Made by a program: the position numbers and the translations under genes
Origin: an uncultured Pseudomonadales bacterium
Lineage (GTDB): Bacteria > Patescibacteriota > Microgenomatia > UBA1400 > PJMF01
Length of the DNA stretch: 64,000 bases
Assembly (NCBI GenBank): GCA_964491115.1
Contig: CAZBEW010000001.1
Location: 62,936-126,935 of the forward strand
Reading direction: 5' to 3'
The notes under the pieces: model-generated
What the model was told of the DNA's origin: nothing
What the model saw: only the letters and a program-made list of their open reading frames with translations
Database searches by the model: none
Shown: piece by piece, positions 9,389 to 18,941 of the stretch
Layout of the letters: each line of letters opens with the position of its first letter
Numbering within the stretch: position 1 is the first letter of the stretch

Positions 9389-11035
9389 TTATATCAAAAC
9401 ATCTTTTGCTGTTTCCAGCAAATCGTTTTTACTTGTTTCTCTAGCTTTGCTTAAAACAAAATTAAATTGAATTTTTTCTCCTAATAATTGTTGACAACTT
9501 TGATCGAGTACATTCTGATATTTTTGTTGTTCGAGTTGCTCTTTATGAAAGTCATAAAAAACTAATATTTTAGCGGTATTATCAATCACTTCTTCTAAAC
9601 GACAGGACTTTAATAAGGCCGACAAAGAAAAATTTTCTTTAGCAACAAGATTCAATAATTTTTGCCACCACTCTATGGGTAAAACATTAGACAATGAATT
9701 GTTTTCACTTCGTGTTGATTCTTGCTGGGTTTGTTCTTGCTGACTTGCTTGCTGCTGGGTTGATTGTTGCTGGGTTGATTGCTGCTGGGTTGATTGCTGC
9801 TCCGTGTTATCTTTAAAATCAGGTGCTGCTGGATTTTCTTTAAGATCAGCTACTACTGAGTTAATTGGGATTTTTTTTTTGCTTGCTGCTGGAGTTGGCG
9901 AGGAATTAAACTCTTTAATTTTTCCCTGATCTGTATTGCCTTGCTTTTTATTCTGAACATTAGACCGATCAATGATATCCAAAAAACTTAATTCCAAGGC
10001 TAAAAAGGCAATTGGTAATTCTTCATGCAAGTTGCACATGGAAAATTCTTTTAACAAAAACCTATCAATTTTTGCTTCAGCAAAAGCCTCGCCCTTTTTA
10101 ACACCCAAATTGATTAATAAATCATCGTGCAAAAATTCTAACAAATCTTTATAAAAATCTTTTTGTTGCAAGTTTTTGTTACGCAATTCTTCAAAAATTT
10201 GACTAATTTTTTTGGCCTCTTTAGCTAATAATAAGTTTAGTAATTCTTTAATATAAACAAGGTTGTCTTGGCCCAAATAATGAGCAATACTGCTCATCTT
10301 TAATTCTCCAGTCTGACAGGCTAATTCAAGAATTTTTACTGCATCACGAAAACTACCATCAGCTCGTTTGGCAATGGCTAATAAATCTTCTTCTTTATAT
10401 TTAATTTTTTCGCTAGCTAGAACTCTTTTTAGTGACTCGACAATTTCTTCTTGGCTGGCTTTTTGAAAATTTATAACGGTACATCGGGAAATTATGGTAG
10501 CTGGCAGTTTTTGCAGTTCAGTGGTGGCTAAAATAAAAACCACGTGTGGCGGTGGTTCTTCAAGCATCTTCAAAAAAGCATTGAAGGCCTCAGTGGTTAA
10601 CATGTGCACTTCGTCTAAAATGTAGACGGCCATTTTTGCCCCCTGCGGAGGAAGCACAATTCGTTCTTTAAGTAGGCGAATATCATCAATGCCACGATTG
10701 CTGGCAGCATCAAGCTCATTCACTAAAAATGATTGACCCTCATAAACTTTTTTAGCTAGTGCTGAATCTGGATCTGGTTCTTGAAAAGCTTTGGTTTTTT
10801 TATTTTTAGACTCTTGGCCAAAGTAAACTTGATCCACTAAAGCTTCATTTTTTTTATCGTTGAGTAAGAGCGCTAAAATTCTTGATGCAGAAGTTTTACC
10901 AGTGCCTTTCGGCCCAGCAAAGATTAATGATTGAGGAATTTTTCCAGCCTCCATCATTGCTTTGATACTATTTCTGACCTGTTTTATATCTAGTTCTTCA
11001 ATAGTTTTTGGACGATATTGACGATGCCAAGCCAT
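9389..11035 (-). CDS. dnaX: DNA polymerase III subunit gamma/tau
   Basis: N-term MAWHRQYRPKT, Walker A GPKGTGKTS, and a clamp-loader AAA+ core. The central low-complexity linker carries QQSTQ repeats. Confidence 0.9.
   Translation of the reverse strand: MAWHRQYRPKTIEELDIKQVRNSIKAMMEAGKIPQSLIFAGPKGTGKTSASRILALLLNDKKNEALVDQVYFGQESKNKKTKAFQEPDPDSALAKKVYEGQSFLVNELDAASNRGIDDIRLLKERIVLPPQGAKMAVYILDEVHMLTTEAFNAFLKMLEEPPPHVVFILATTELQKLPATIISRCTVINFQKASQEEIVESLKRVLASEKIKYKEEDLLAIAKRADGSFRDAVKILELACQTGELKMSSIAHYLGQDNLVYIKELLNLLLAKEAKKISQIFEELRNKNLQQKDFYKDLLEFLHDDLLINLGVKKGEAFAEAKIDRFLLKEFSMCNLHEELPIAFLALELSFLDIIDRSNVQNKKQGNTDQGKIKEFNSSPTPAASKKKIPINSVVADLKENPAAPDFKDNTEQQSTQQQSTQQQSTQQQASQQEQTQQESTRSENNSLSNVLPIEWWQKLLNLVAKENFSLSALLKSCRLEEVIDNTAKILVFYDFHKEQLEQQKYQNVLDQSCQQLLGEKIQFNFVLSKARETSKNDLLETAKDVLI
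9752..9796. repeat. 15-bp tandem repeat (three units) inside dnaX, encoding QQSTQ x3
   Basis: Three consecutive units of TGCTGGGTTGATTG(T/C) on the plus strand. Confidence 0.7.
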
Positions 11036-11062
11036 ATTTATTCAGTGTAACACATTAAAAAA

Positions 11063-11458
11063 TTAATGGTCATCGTGATGATAACCTAATAAATGAAATA
11101 AGCCGTGTTCTAAATAAAAATTTATTTGGTCGTCGACTAGCCGACCAAAACGTCGTGCAGTTTTGACTGCTTCTGGAAAACTAATAACAATATCACCTAA
11201 ATGAGGAGCTAATTCTTTGGGCAGAGGTAAGTCATTAATTTGACCCTTGTCGTGCTGTGGAAATGATAAAACATCAGTGACACCAAAGTGTCCAAGTTTT
11301 GATTCATTAAGTTCTTTTATTTTTCGACTACCAACTATGGAAATATCAACTTGAGCATGATCAATCCCTCGTTCGCTTAAAACGCGCTTGACGGTTGCCC
11401 GTAATTGTCTTCGCTTAACCGGATAACGAGAACCAATATATAAATTACAAATAATCAT
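11063..11458 (-). CDS. ybeY: rRNA maturation endoribonuclease YbeY
   Basis: Blocks TDVLSFP and LGDIVIS, and the metal-binding motif HGLFHLLGYHHDDH (H-x3-H-x5-H). Confidence 0.85.
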   Translation of the reverse strand: MIICNLYIGSRYPVKRRQLRATVKRVLSERGIDHAQVDISIVGSRKIKELNESKLGHFGVTDVLSFPQHDKGQINDLPLPKELAPHLGDIVISFPEAVKTARRFGRLVDDQINFYLEHGLFHLLGYHHDDH

Positions 11459-11467
11459 AATTATTCT

Positions 11468-12289
11468 TTAATGAGCCATTAAGGCTTCTAAACTGATATC
11501 AAGAGGTCCTAAAGGAATTTGATCTTCTGGATCGTCCACAAAAAGCAAAAATACTCGACCTCGAGTGTTATTAGACCAAACTTTTCCCTCTCTAATTACT
11601 TCTGGTGATCCACCAAATTGTTTTTGCACCCAGGCAGCTGGACCAGCATCAGCTATTACCCCAACCACAGCCATTTGTTCACTCGGGTTAATCATAATCA
11701 TTTTACGGTATTTATACCAGGGTTTTAGTTCCGGATAATCTTGATTCCAATTGGGTAAATACATTAATTGCACCGCAAAATAATATTTTTCTCTTAAAAT
11801 CGCTTCTTGAGTGAGTTCACCCGCTTCTGTGAACCAAGAAAAGGCTCCTCGATTACTTGCTAAACCAGCCTCTCGATAAGCATCATGCTGATCAAGACTG
11901 TCGCCAGGATAACGCATTAGATGTTGTTCGGCTCCCATAATGCCAATACTATGATTTAGTTTTTTTCCTTCAAGCTCATGACGCACATCAAAACCTAAAA
12001 TTAGGCTTAATTGTTGTTCTAAATATAGCTGGGTTTCCGTTTCCAAGTGTCCAGCTGGCCCATTAACAAAAGAAGTTAATTTAGCCATAATTTCTTGATA
12101 TTCGGTGGCTGATAAATCAAAAGCTAAATCTTTGTCTTTTTCTTGCCCAGTTTTAGCGTAAATGGCTTTATCAAGCACCAACTCATTGCGCATCTGAGGA
12201 TTCATCATGGCCATCTGTCCCGCAACAGCTAAACCTGCCACCAGTTGTTGAGAGCCATTTTTAAAGGCTGTTGTCTTCTGTTTTTTCAT
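11468..12289 (-). CDS. Hypothetical protein of 273 aa
   Basis: Clean ORF in the housekeeping gene string with no recognised motifs. Its 5' end overlaps gltX by 29 nt, so the true start may be an internal Met. Confidence 0.45.
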   Translation of the reverse strand: MKKQKTTAFKNGSQQLVAGLAVAGQMAMMNPQMRNELVLDKAIYAKTGQEKDKDLAFDLSATEYQEIMAKLTSFVNGPAGHLETETQLYLEQQLSLILGFDVRHELEGKKLNHSIGIMGAEQHLMRYPGDSLDQHDAYREAGLASNRGAFSWFTEAGELTQEAILREKYYFAVQLMYLPNWNQDYPELKPWYKYRKMIMINPSEQMAVVGVIADAGPAAWVQKQFGGSPEVIREGKVWSNNTRGRVFLLFVDDPEDQIPLGPLDISLEALMAH

Positions 12290-13745
12290 GATTTCTAATT
12301 TTTTTAGCCGCCAAATCCAATCTTTGGCTAGCTAACTCTCGACCCAGTGCGCTAATTGTTTCAAATAAGGGCGGAGTGGCTGTTTTTCCAGTCATGGCTA
12401 TGCGCAACATCATAAAATATTGAGCTTTTTGCCAAGCTTGTTTTTCTTGAAGAATTCTAATCTCTTTTTCGAGTTCCAATGTTGTGAAGTCAGTTAAAGA
12501 TTGAAAAATATTTTTAGTTAATTGAATTTGCTCTAAGACTAAATCTTCTTGATTTTCAGCTTTTTTGAGTAAGAGTGTTGGAGAATAATCAATCTCCTTG
12601 TAAAAGAAATCTGTTAATTCAGAAAAGTCAGCTAAAGTCACTAAGCGCTCATAAACTAAATCTAAAATTTGATCTAATTTATCTAGAGGAAATTCTGTTG
12701 GAATAAAGCTTTTTAAGCGCTTTTTTAATTCTTCTCGAGACAAGTTACGAATATAAATCCCGTTTAACCAGTCGAGTTTATGAGTGTCGAAAATAACTGA
12801 GTTCATGCTCAAGTCTGCAGGATCAAATTCTTGAATATATTCCTCTAAAGACATAATTTCTTTTTGATCTTTGGCTGCCCAACCCAAAATCATCAAAAAA
12901 TTAAGTACCGCCTCTGGTAAATAGCCTTTATCCAAAAATGATTGTGCTGAAACCGTGCCCTTTCTTTTACTCATCTTGCCTTTGCCATCGGGATTTAAGA
13001 AAAGCGGAAAATGAGCAAAAATTGGTTGAGACCAATTAAAAGCACGATACAATAAAATATGTTTAGGCGTGGAACTAATCCACTCTTCACCACGCATCAC
13101 ATGAGTAATTTTCATTAAATGATCATCTACAACTACAGCCAGGTGGTAGGTTGGATATCCGTCTGATTTCAATAAAACCTGATCATCAACTTGATTTGAA
13201 TTAAAAGTGATTTTGCCACGAAGCAAATCTATAAAACTAATTTCTTGATTTTCCGGCACTTTTAAACGAATCACGTAATTTTCTCCAGCTGCTAAACGTT
13301 TTTCTACCTCTGCTTGATCTAAATGGCGACAATGTCCATCATAGCGAGGAGGCTGATGTGAGGCTTGTTGTTGCTGACGAACTTCATCTAAACGCTCTTT
13401 TGAACAAAAACAATAATAAGCCTGACCATTTGCTACTAATTCTTTGGCTTTCTCTTGATAAATTTCAAGTCTTTGAGATTGAATATAAGGACCGCATGCT
13501 CCATCCTTACCAGGCCCCTCATCCCAATCCAAACCATATTGCTTAATTATTGATTGAATTTTATTAACTCCATCTGCAACCTCTCTAACTTTATCAGTGT
13601 CTTCAATCCTCAAAATAAATTGTCCCTGATGTCTTTTAGCAAAAGCATAATTTTTTAATAAAGTTGCCATGCTGGCCACATGCATATCACCGGTAGGACT
13701 AGGTGCCATTCTGGTTCGAATTGGCGTTTGATCACTTTGCATCAT
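12261..13745 (-). CDS. gltX: Glutamyl-tRNA synthetase
   Basis: Class I HIGH-region block RTRMAPSPTGDMHV and a KMSKRKG (KMSKS) motif. Confidence 0.9.
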   Translation of the reverse strand: MMQSDQTPIRTRMAPSPTGDMHVASMATLLKNYAFAKRHQGQFILRIEDTDKVREVADGVNKIQSIIKQYGLDWDEGPGKDGACGPYIQSQRLEIYQEKAKELVANGQAYYCFCSKERLDEVRQQQQASHQPPRYDGHCRHLDQAEVEKRLAAGENYVIRLKVPENQEISFIDLLRGKITFNSNQVDDQVLLKSDGYPTYHLAVVVDDHLMKITHVMRGEEWISSTPKHILLYRAFNWSQPIFAHFPLFLNPDGKGKMSKRKGTVSAQSFLDKGYLPEAVLNFLMILGWAAKDQKEIMSLEEYIQEFDPADLSMNSVIFDTHKLDWLNGIYIRNLSREELKKRLKSFIPTEFPLDKLDQILDLVYERLVTLADFSELTDFFYKEIDYSPTLLLKKAENQEDLVLEQIQLTKNIFQSLTDFTTLELEKEIRILQEKQAWQKAQYFMMLRIAMTGKTATPPLFETISALGRELASQRLDLAAKKIRNHEKTEDNSL

Positions 13746-14848
13746 TATTCTTTCTGAAGATAATTGGGATGAATGGCACTAACATAGGCCAAAAAGTTGT
13801 TGTCCCCTTTAAATACATAGATTGGTTGGAGATAAGCCTGATATTGAAAGTCATCATAGTAGGCTAATTCAACACTGCGCACTACCACCCGATCTAAATC
13901 CTGCCCGCCAACTACATAAGCTTCTCCAGCTTGGACCATATTCCAAGCTGACTTAATTCCTCTTAAAGGATATGTTTCAAAAGTTGAATAATCGACTTCG
14001 TGGTAAAAATAGTCCATTTCTACAACAGAAGTACTTCCAGAAACAGCCCCGCTGATGATGGCAGAAACAACACCCTTTTCTCCCTCAGGAGTGTATAGTG
14101 GATACAAATCGTCAACGGGAATCCGATTTAGATCAACTTGCACAAAATCTGCTTCAGATAAAGACAGAGCTGGATTAAGTTCTCCACCAAGGGATTTATG
14201 ATAATTAATTGTGCCTGCACTGGTTGCTACATCGACCGGCATTAAACCACCGCTCGTTAAAAACTGTTTAACGACGTTAACCGCCTCAAATTCCTCTGGT
14301 AAATTGCGCTTTTGCTCACTAATTAATAATTCTGGTTTTGCCAAATAATTACTGTTGATTGAAAAATTTAAGAAATTAGAGTCAATTTCCAAACTCATGT
14401 CTAAAGGTTGGGTTTTAGTAAAACGATAAAGATCTCCCGCAAGCATTTCTGGAGCAAAGATAAAACCATATTTAGCAGCTATTTCTTTAACTTTTTGATC
14501 GGTTAATAGGCTGACAGATGGTTTGGGCATAAAATAGACTTTTAGTTGATCAACTGAATCAGTTAAAGTGCCAGCTATTTCTAAAATATATTCGTCGGGT
14601 TTATCGTCCTCATCCTGGGTTGGAAAATCAAGTTTAGGTAAAATACCAAAGGCAACTGTTGGTGGTGGAGGGCCAGGAGGATGAGTTCTTGTCCAATAAG
14701 CAACAAAAGAATTCCACAGAACTCGGCCAACCATTAATACTACTATCCCTATCAATAGAAATTTCAGTCCCACCCGACTAAAATAATTAATATTAGTTAG
14801 GGTTGGTTCCATGCTCGTTTTATTTTTATTAGTGACTGAATTATTCAT
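13745..14848 (-). CDS. Hypothetical N-terminally anchored extracytoplasmic protein
   Basis: 367 aa with a single N-terminal TM (FLLIGIVVLMVGRVLW), then a Pro-rich stretch (PGPPPPT) and a globular domain. Confidence 0.5.
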   Translation of the reverse strand: MNNSVTNKNKTSMEPTLTNINYFSRVGLKFLLIGIVVLMVGRVLWNSFVAYWTRTHPPGPPPPTVAFGILPKLDFPTQDEDDKPDEYILEIAGTLTDSVDQLKVYFMPKPSVSLLTDQKVKEIAAKYGFIFAPEMLAGDLYRFTKTQPLDMSLEIDSNFLNFSINSNYLAKPELLISEQKRNLPEEFEAVNVVKQFLTSGGLMPVDVATSAGTINYHKSLGGELNPALSLSEADFVQVDLNRIPVDDLYPLYTPEGEKGVVSAIISGAVSGSTSVVEMDYFYHEVDYSTFETYPLRGIKSAWNMVQAGEAYVVGGQDLDRVVVRSVELAYYDDFQYQAYLQPIYVFKGDNNFLAYVSAIHPNYLQKE

Positions 14849-14896
14849 ATAAATCTATTTATTAGTATAATGGCTTGTTCCAGACTATTCAAGTTC

Positions 14897-15862
14897 TTAA
14901 AAATTAATGTTGATGATGCTTTCGTTCGGATTAATAAATTGATAAGTATTAAAAATCCAGGCTAATAATTTTTGTGTATCAGCATAACGATCTTGGCTAT
15001 TCATTAAACTAATCAAAATTTCTCGTCCATCACGCTCTATCAGCGTCACTAAGACTTGGCCAGCCCAATCAGTGGTGCCAGTTTTAACACCTTTAACGCC
15101 CATTAAACTGCCTAAGAGCTGATTGGTATTAAATAATTGATAAGCGCTAGTCACTTGCTTTAAATTTTCTTGATGTGAAGCGTTTATTTCTAAATATGGT
15201 GTAGCCACTAACTCTCTTAGCAAATCATTTTTTAACAACTCTCTAGCTAAAATATTTAAATCTCGAGCAGAACTTAACTGTTGGAGTTCGTCCAAGCCAG
15301 CTGGATTAGAAAAAACGCTATCCTGTAAATTTAACTCTTCTGCCTTGTCATTCATTGCTAGTACAAAAGCTTCTAAGCCACCAGGATAATTATTGGCCAA
15401 AACATAAGCAGAGTCGTTGGCCGAAGCCAATAATAAAGCAGCTAATAAATCTTTAACTGTCACTTGCTCACCATTGACTAGGTTAAGTTTATTGCCAATA
15501 ACTTGATTTTCTCCATTAACCACTAGTAGTTCTTCTAATTGATAATGCTCAATAGCAACAAGAGCTGTTAACATTTTTGTGGTAGATGCCGGATAAAGCT
15601 TGAGTTGTGAATCTTTTTCATAGAGTAAAGTCCCAGTTGTTAAATCAAAAGCATAGGCGCTTTGGGCGCTGAGATCTAAATTTTTCCAGAGAAATTCTTG
15701 ATTAATATCGGGATTTTTATAAACAGGCAATAAATTTAGCGGTCGTAAATAAACAGCTTGTTTGCTGATGACTTTTACCGGATAAAATATTAAGAATAAA
15801 GTCAACAATAGAGATAAAGCAATTAAACACAATAAAACACTTCGCCAAGATAAATTCTTCAC
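14897..15862 (-). CDS. Serine-type D-Ala-D-Ala carboxypeptidase (peptidase S11 / PBP5-like)
   Basis: N-terminal signal/TM, SxxK motif (ASTTKM), SxN motif (SANDS) and KTG motif (KTGTT). Confidence 0.8.
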   Translation of the reverse strand: MKNLSWRSVLLCLIALSLLLTLFLIFYPVKVISKQAVYLRPLNLLPVYKNPDINQEFLWKNLDLSAQSAYAFDLTTGTLLYEKDSQLKLYPASTTKMLTALVAIEHYQLEELLVVNGENQVIGNKLNLVNGEQVTVKDLLAALLLASANDSAYVLANNYPGGLEAFVLAMNDKAEELNLQDSVFSNPAGLDELQQLSSARDLNILARELLKNDLLRELVATPYLEINASHQENLKQVTSAYQLFNTNQLLGSLMGVKGVKTGTTDWAGQVLVTLIERDGREILISLMNSQDRYADTQKLLAWIFNTYQFINPNESIININF

Positions 15863-15871
15863 TGTTTAATT

Positions 15872-17302
15872 CTAACTCGATTTTTTGTTTGAAGCCACGC
15901 TTAATTTTAATTCTGCCAGCTGTTCATCGCTGACAGCGCTTGGAGCATCCATCACGCTAGTTCGACCACCGGCAGTCATGGGAAAAGCCATTGTTTCTCT
16001 TAAATTGTCTTCACCAGCCATCAACATGAGGAGGCGATCAATCCCAAAAGCAATGCCACCATGGGGAGGCGTCCCCAAAGAAAAAGCTTTTAACATGTGG
16101 CCCACATTTTCCTCAATTTGCTCGTCACTATAACCCATGGTGCGAAAAGTGGCACGCAACACTTCTGCCTGATGAGCCCGCAAGCTACCACCAGCCACTT
16201 CAAAGCCATTACACACTAAATCATATTGGCTAGCAATAATTTTTTCTGTTTGATTACCCTCTAAATGAGCAGCAATGTGTTCCGGAATTGGACTGGAAAA
16301 TGGATTGTGGGTAAAAGTCCAAGCACTTTTACTATCCGAGATTTCGGCACGATCATTTTTATCAACTTTTTTGAAAAAAGGAAAATTAATTACCCAGGCA
16401 AAAGCCAAAACCCCTTCTTTTTTATCTTCTGGACTGCGTAAGTCAAATTTATCTGCCCCAAATTTTGTTAAAGCTTCTTGATAATCAAAAATAGGAAAAT
16501 TTTCATCTTTAATTTTTACGCCTAATTCTTGACAAACCTTAATCACCAAATTTGTTAAAAAATTCATAATTGTTGGCTGATCAACAAAACTCATTTCCAG
16601 ATCTAGTTGGGTAAACTCAAAGCCTCGATCAGCTCGTAAATCTTCATCGCGAATACAGCGAGCTAGTTGAAAATATTTTTCAAATCCTGCAGCCATTAAT
16701 AATTGCTTATATTGTTGTGGACTCTGGGGTAAAGCATAAAATTTTCCAGTCTGAAGTCGAGAAGGAACAATAAAATCTCGTGCCCCTTCTTTGGTTGATT
16801 TAGTCAGCATTGGTGTCTCAATTTCGACAAAATCTTGATCGAGTAATTCTTTTCGAAAAGCATTAATCAATTTCGATTTTAGGCGCAAGTTTTTCTGTAA
16901 ACGACTACGTCTTAAATCTAAATAGCGATATTGCAAGCGTGATTCTTCATTGATGCTTAAGCCATCGTCTTCAATGCTAATCGGCAATTCGCTACTTTTA
17001 TTTAAAATCTGATAATCTTCAACAAATAGTTCAATTTCACCAGTTACTAGTTCGTGATTAATTAATGATTCTGGTCTTTTATTAATTCTGCCAAAAACTT
17101 CGACAACAGATTCAATCGTTAGATCTTTTAATTTATTGTTAATGCCAACACACTGAATTAAGCCGGTTTCATCGCGCAAATCAATAAAAGTTACTTTACC
17201 ATGATCACGTTTATTGGCTACCCAACCAGCTAATTTAACCAGATCGTTAATTTTATCTTTACTACTAATAATGGAGCTACGGCTTAAAGTTGATTTTGAC
17301 AT
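15872..17302 (-). CDS. aspS: Aspartyl-tRNA synthetase; short 476-aa form lacking the bacterial GAD insertion
   Basis: Anticodon-binding N-term WVxxKRDHGKVTFIDLRDETGLIQ. Motif 2 region QSPQQYKQLLMAAGFEKYFQLARCIRDEDLRADRGFEFTQLD. Motif 3 GIAFGIDRLLML. Confidence 0.85.
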   Translation of the reverse strand: MSKSTLSRSSIISSKDKINDLVKLAGWVANKRDHGKVTFIDLRDETGLIQCVGINNKLKDLTIESVVEVFGRINKRPESLINHELVTGEIELFVEDYQILNKSSELPISIEDDGLSINEESRLQYRYLDLRRSRLQKNLRLKSKLINAFRKELLDQDFVEIETPMLTKSTKEGARDFIVPSRLQTGKFYALPQSPQQYKQLLMAAGFEKYFQLARCIRDEDLRADRGFEFTQLDLEMSFVDQPTIMNFLTNLVIKVCQELGVKIKDENFPIFDYQEALTKFGADKFDLRSPEDKKEGVLAFAWVINFPFFKKVDKNDRAEISDSKSAWTFTHNPFSSPIPEHIAAHLEGNQTEKIIASQYDLVCNGFEVAGGSLRAHQAEVLRATFRTMGYSDEQIEENVGHMLKAFSLGTPPHGGIAFGIDRLLMLMAGEDNLRETMAFPMTAGGRTSVMDAPSAVSDEQLAELKLSVASNKKSS

Positions 17303-17354
17303 AACTTCTTTATTATAAGGCCAAATTGATACTTTCCTTAATATAATTAAATAA

Positions 17355-18509
17355 TCAGTCTACTTTGCCTAATAATTTTCCTGAACCAGAGCGGTATTCT
17401 TCAATCTGCCTAATTCTTTTTTCCATTTGTTTTTTACGCGTACCGCTGAGAGTATCAAAATTCTTTTGCAAACCCTCAATACTTCTACCAAATTTATGGA
17501 ACTCTTCGTCAAATTTTTTCCACTCTTCACCAAAAGCTTCCACTTGTTTAATCACTTCTTGCATTTTTTTGCCCACCATAAAATTTCGATAACTTTCCAT
17601 CACCGTTCTGGCCACTACTAAAAAACTAAAAGGCGAGCATAAAATAACTTTTTTAGCTAAAGCCTCATCAATAATTTCTGGTAATTTTTGATTAATAAAA
17701 GAGAAAATCATTTCATTAGGCACAAATAGAATCGCATAATCCAAAGTATCTCTTTCTGGCGAAATATACTCCGCGACTTTATCAATTTTTATTTTTAAAT
17801 CCCTGGCAAATTGTTGCAAATGACTCTTTTTTTCTTCTTTACTTTCAGCATTAGACATCTTTTGAATTTCTTGATAAGGAAATTTCACATCAACCGGCAC
17901 ATTGCGATTATCGGGCAAAAGTAAGGTAATGTCGGGTATTAAACTGGCATTTTCTTGTTTACTTTGGCGCAAATAATGAACTCCTTCTTGTAAGCCATTA
18001 GCTTGCAACAAATCTTCAATAATTTTTTCTCCCCAGGCGCCTCGCGTTTGATTATTGTCTAATACTTGAGCCAATTTTTCCGTAGACACTTTTAGATCTT
18101 TCGTCAGCAAGCGATGATCCTCAATCGCTGTGGTCATTCTGCCAATTTTATCAATTTGTTGTTTCTCGATTTCTCTAATTTCTATTTGTCTTTGGTTTAA
18201 ATCTTCTTGAATTTTTTTTACTAATTTTTCGATAGTTGCTTGTTTATTAGCCAAATCTGTTTTTAATAAGTCTTGCTCACTTTGCAAAATACTCTTACTT
18301 TGTAGGGCAATCTTATTGGCAGTCATACCAAAAACTTTATTCACAGCAGATTCTAATTTTTCATCAATAATTTTCTCTTCTTCAGCCGCAGTTTTTTGTT
18401 TTTTCAATAAGAAAAATAACAGAAAGGATACTAATAAAATTAGTAAAATTAAAGAAATTACAATAACAAGATTCATATTCTTTAAGTATACTAGAAGTAT
18501 GGAAAGCAC
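17355..18509 (-). CDS. rmuC: DNA recombination protein RmuC
   Basis: N-terminal TM, a long coiled-coil, and the RmuC core with RGAWGE. Confidence 0.8.
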   Translation of the reverse strand: MLSILLVYLKNMNLVIVISLILLILLVSFLLFFLLKKQKTAAEEEKIIDEKLESAVNKVFGMTANKIALQSKSILQSEQDLLKTDLANKQATIEKLVKKIQEDLNQRQIEIREIEKQQIDKIGRMTTAIEDHRLLTKDLKVSTEKLAQVLDNNQTRGAWGEKIIEDLLQANGLQEGVHYLRQSKQENASLIPDITLLLPDNRNVPVDVKFPYQEIQKMSNAESKEEKKSHLQQFARDLKIKIDKVAEYISPERDTLDYAILFVPNEMIFSFINQKLPEIIDEALAKKVILCSPFSFLVVARTVMESYRNFMVGKKMQEVIKQVEAFGEEWKKFDEEFHKFGRSIEGLQKNFDTLSGTRKKQMEKRIRQIEEYRSGSGKLLGKVD

Positions 18510-18930
18510 CCAAGCTGTAAATATTGTTCGAGGACGTTCGCGTTTACAAAAAAGACCTCCTCTTCAAATTCCAACTAATCAAACGCAAGCCAATCCCAAA
18601 AAAAGATTTTTACGTGATCTTTTCCTAGGGCTTTTTTTTCTTATCTTGTTGGCTTTATTAATGTTTTATGCTGCCCCCGCTGATATCGCTAATTTATTAC
18701 TTTTTAATTCATACTTAGTGTTTTTAACTTTGTTTTTTTTAACTGGCTTTTTTTTATTAAAGTTTATATTAATCAAGACAAAACTAGCCTTTTGCATCAC
18801 TCTTAATTTAACTTTGCTTATTTTTTTTAAATTGCAAAACTTAACCTTTAATTATTATATATTTATTATTTTAGGCCTAACGTCGCTAATCTGCTTGGTT
18901 TTACACCAAGTCGAGAAAAGACTGTTATAA
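18499..18930 (+). CDS. Hypothetical small membrane protein, from the internal Met of ORF 18316-18930
   Basis: Starting from MESTQ... avoids most of the antisense overlap with rmuC. The product is rich in hydrophobic helices. Weak call. Confidence 0.3.
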   Translation: MESTQAVNIVRGRSRLQKRPPLQIPTNQTQANPKKRFLRDLFLGLFFLILLALLMFYAAPADIANLLLFNSYLVFLTLFFLTGFFLLKFILIKTKLAFCITLNLTLLIFFKLQNLTFNYYIFIILGLTSLICLVLHQVEKRLL

Positions 18931-18941
18931 TAAGAAGCTTT

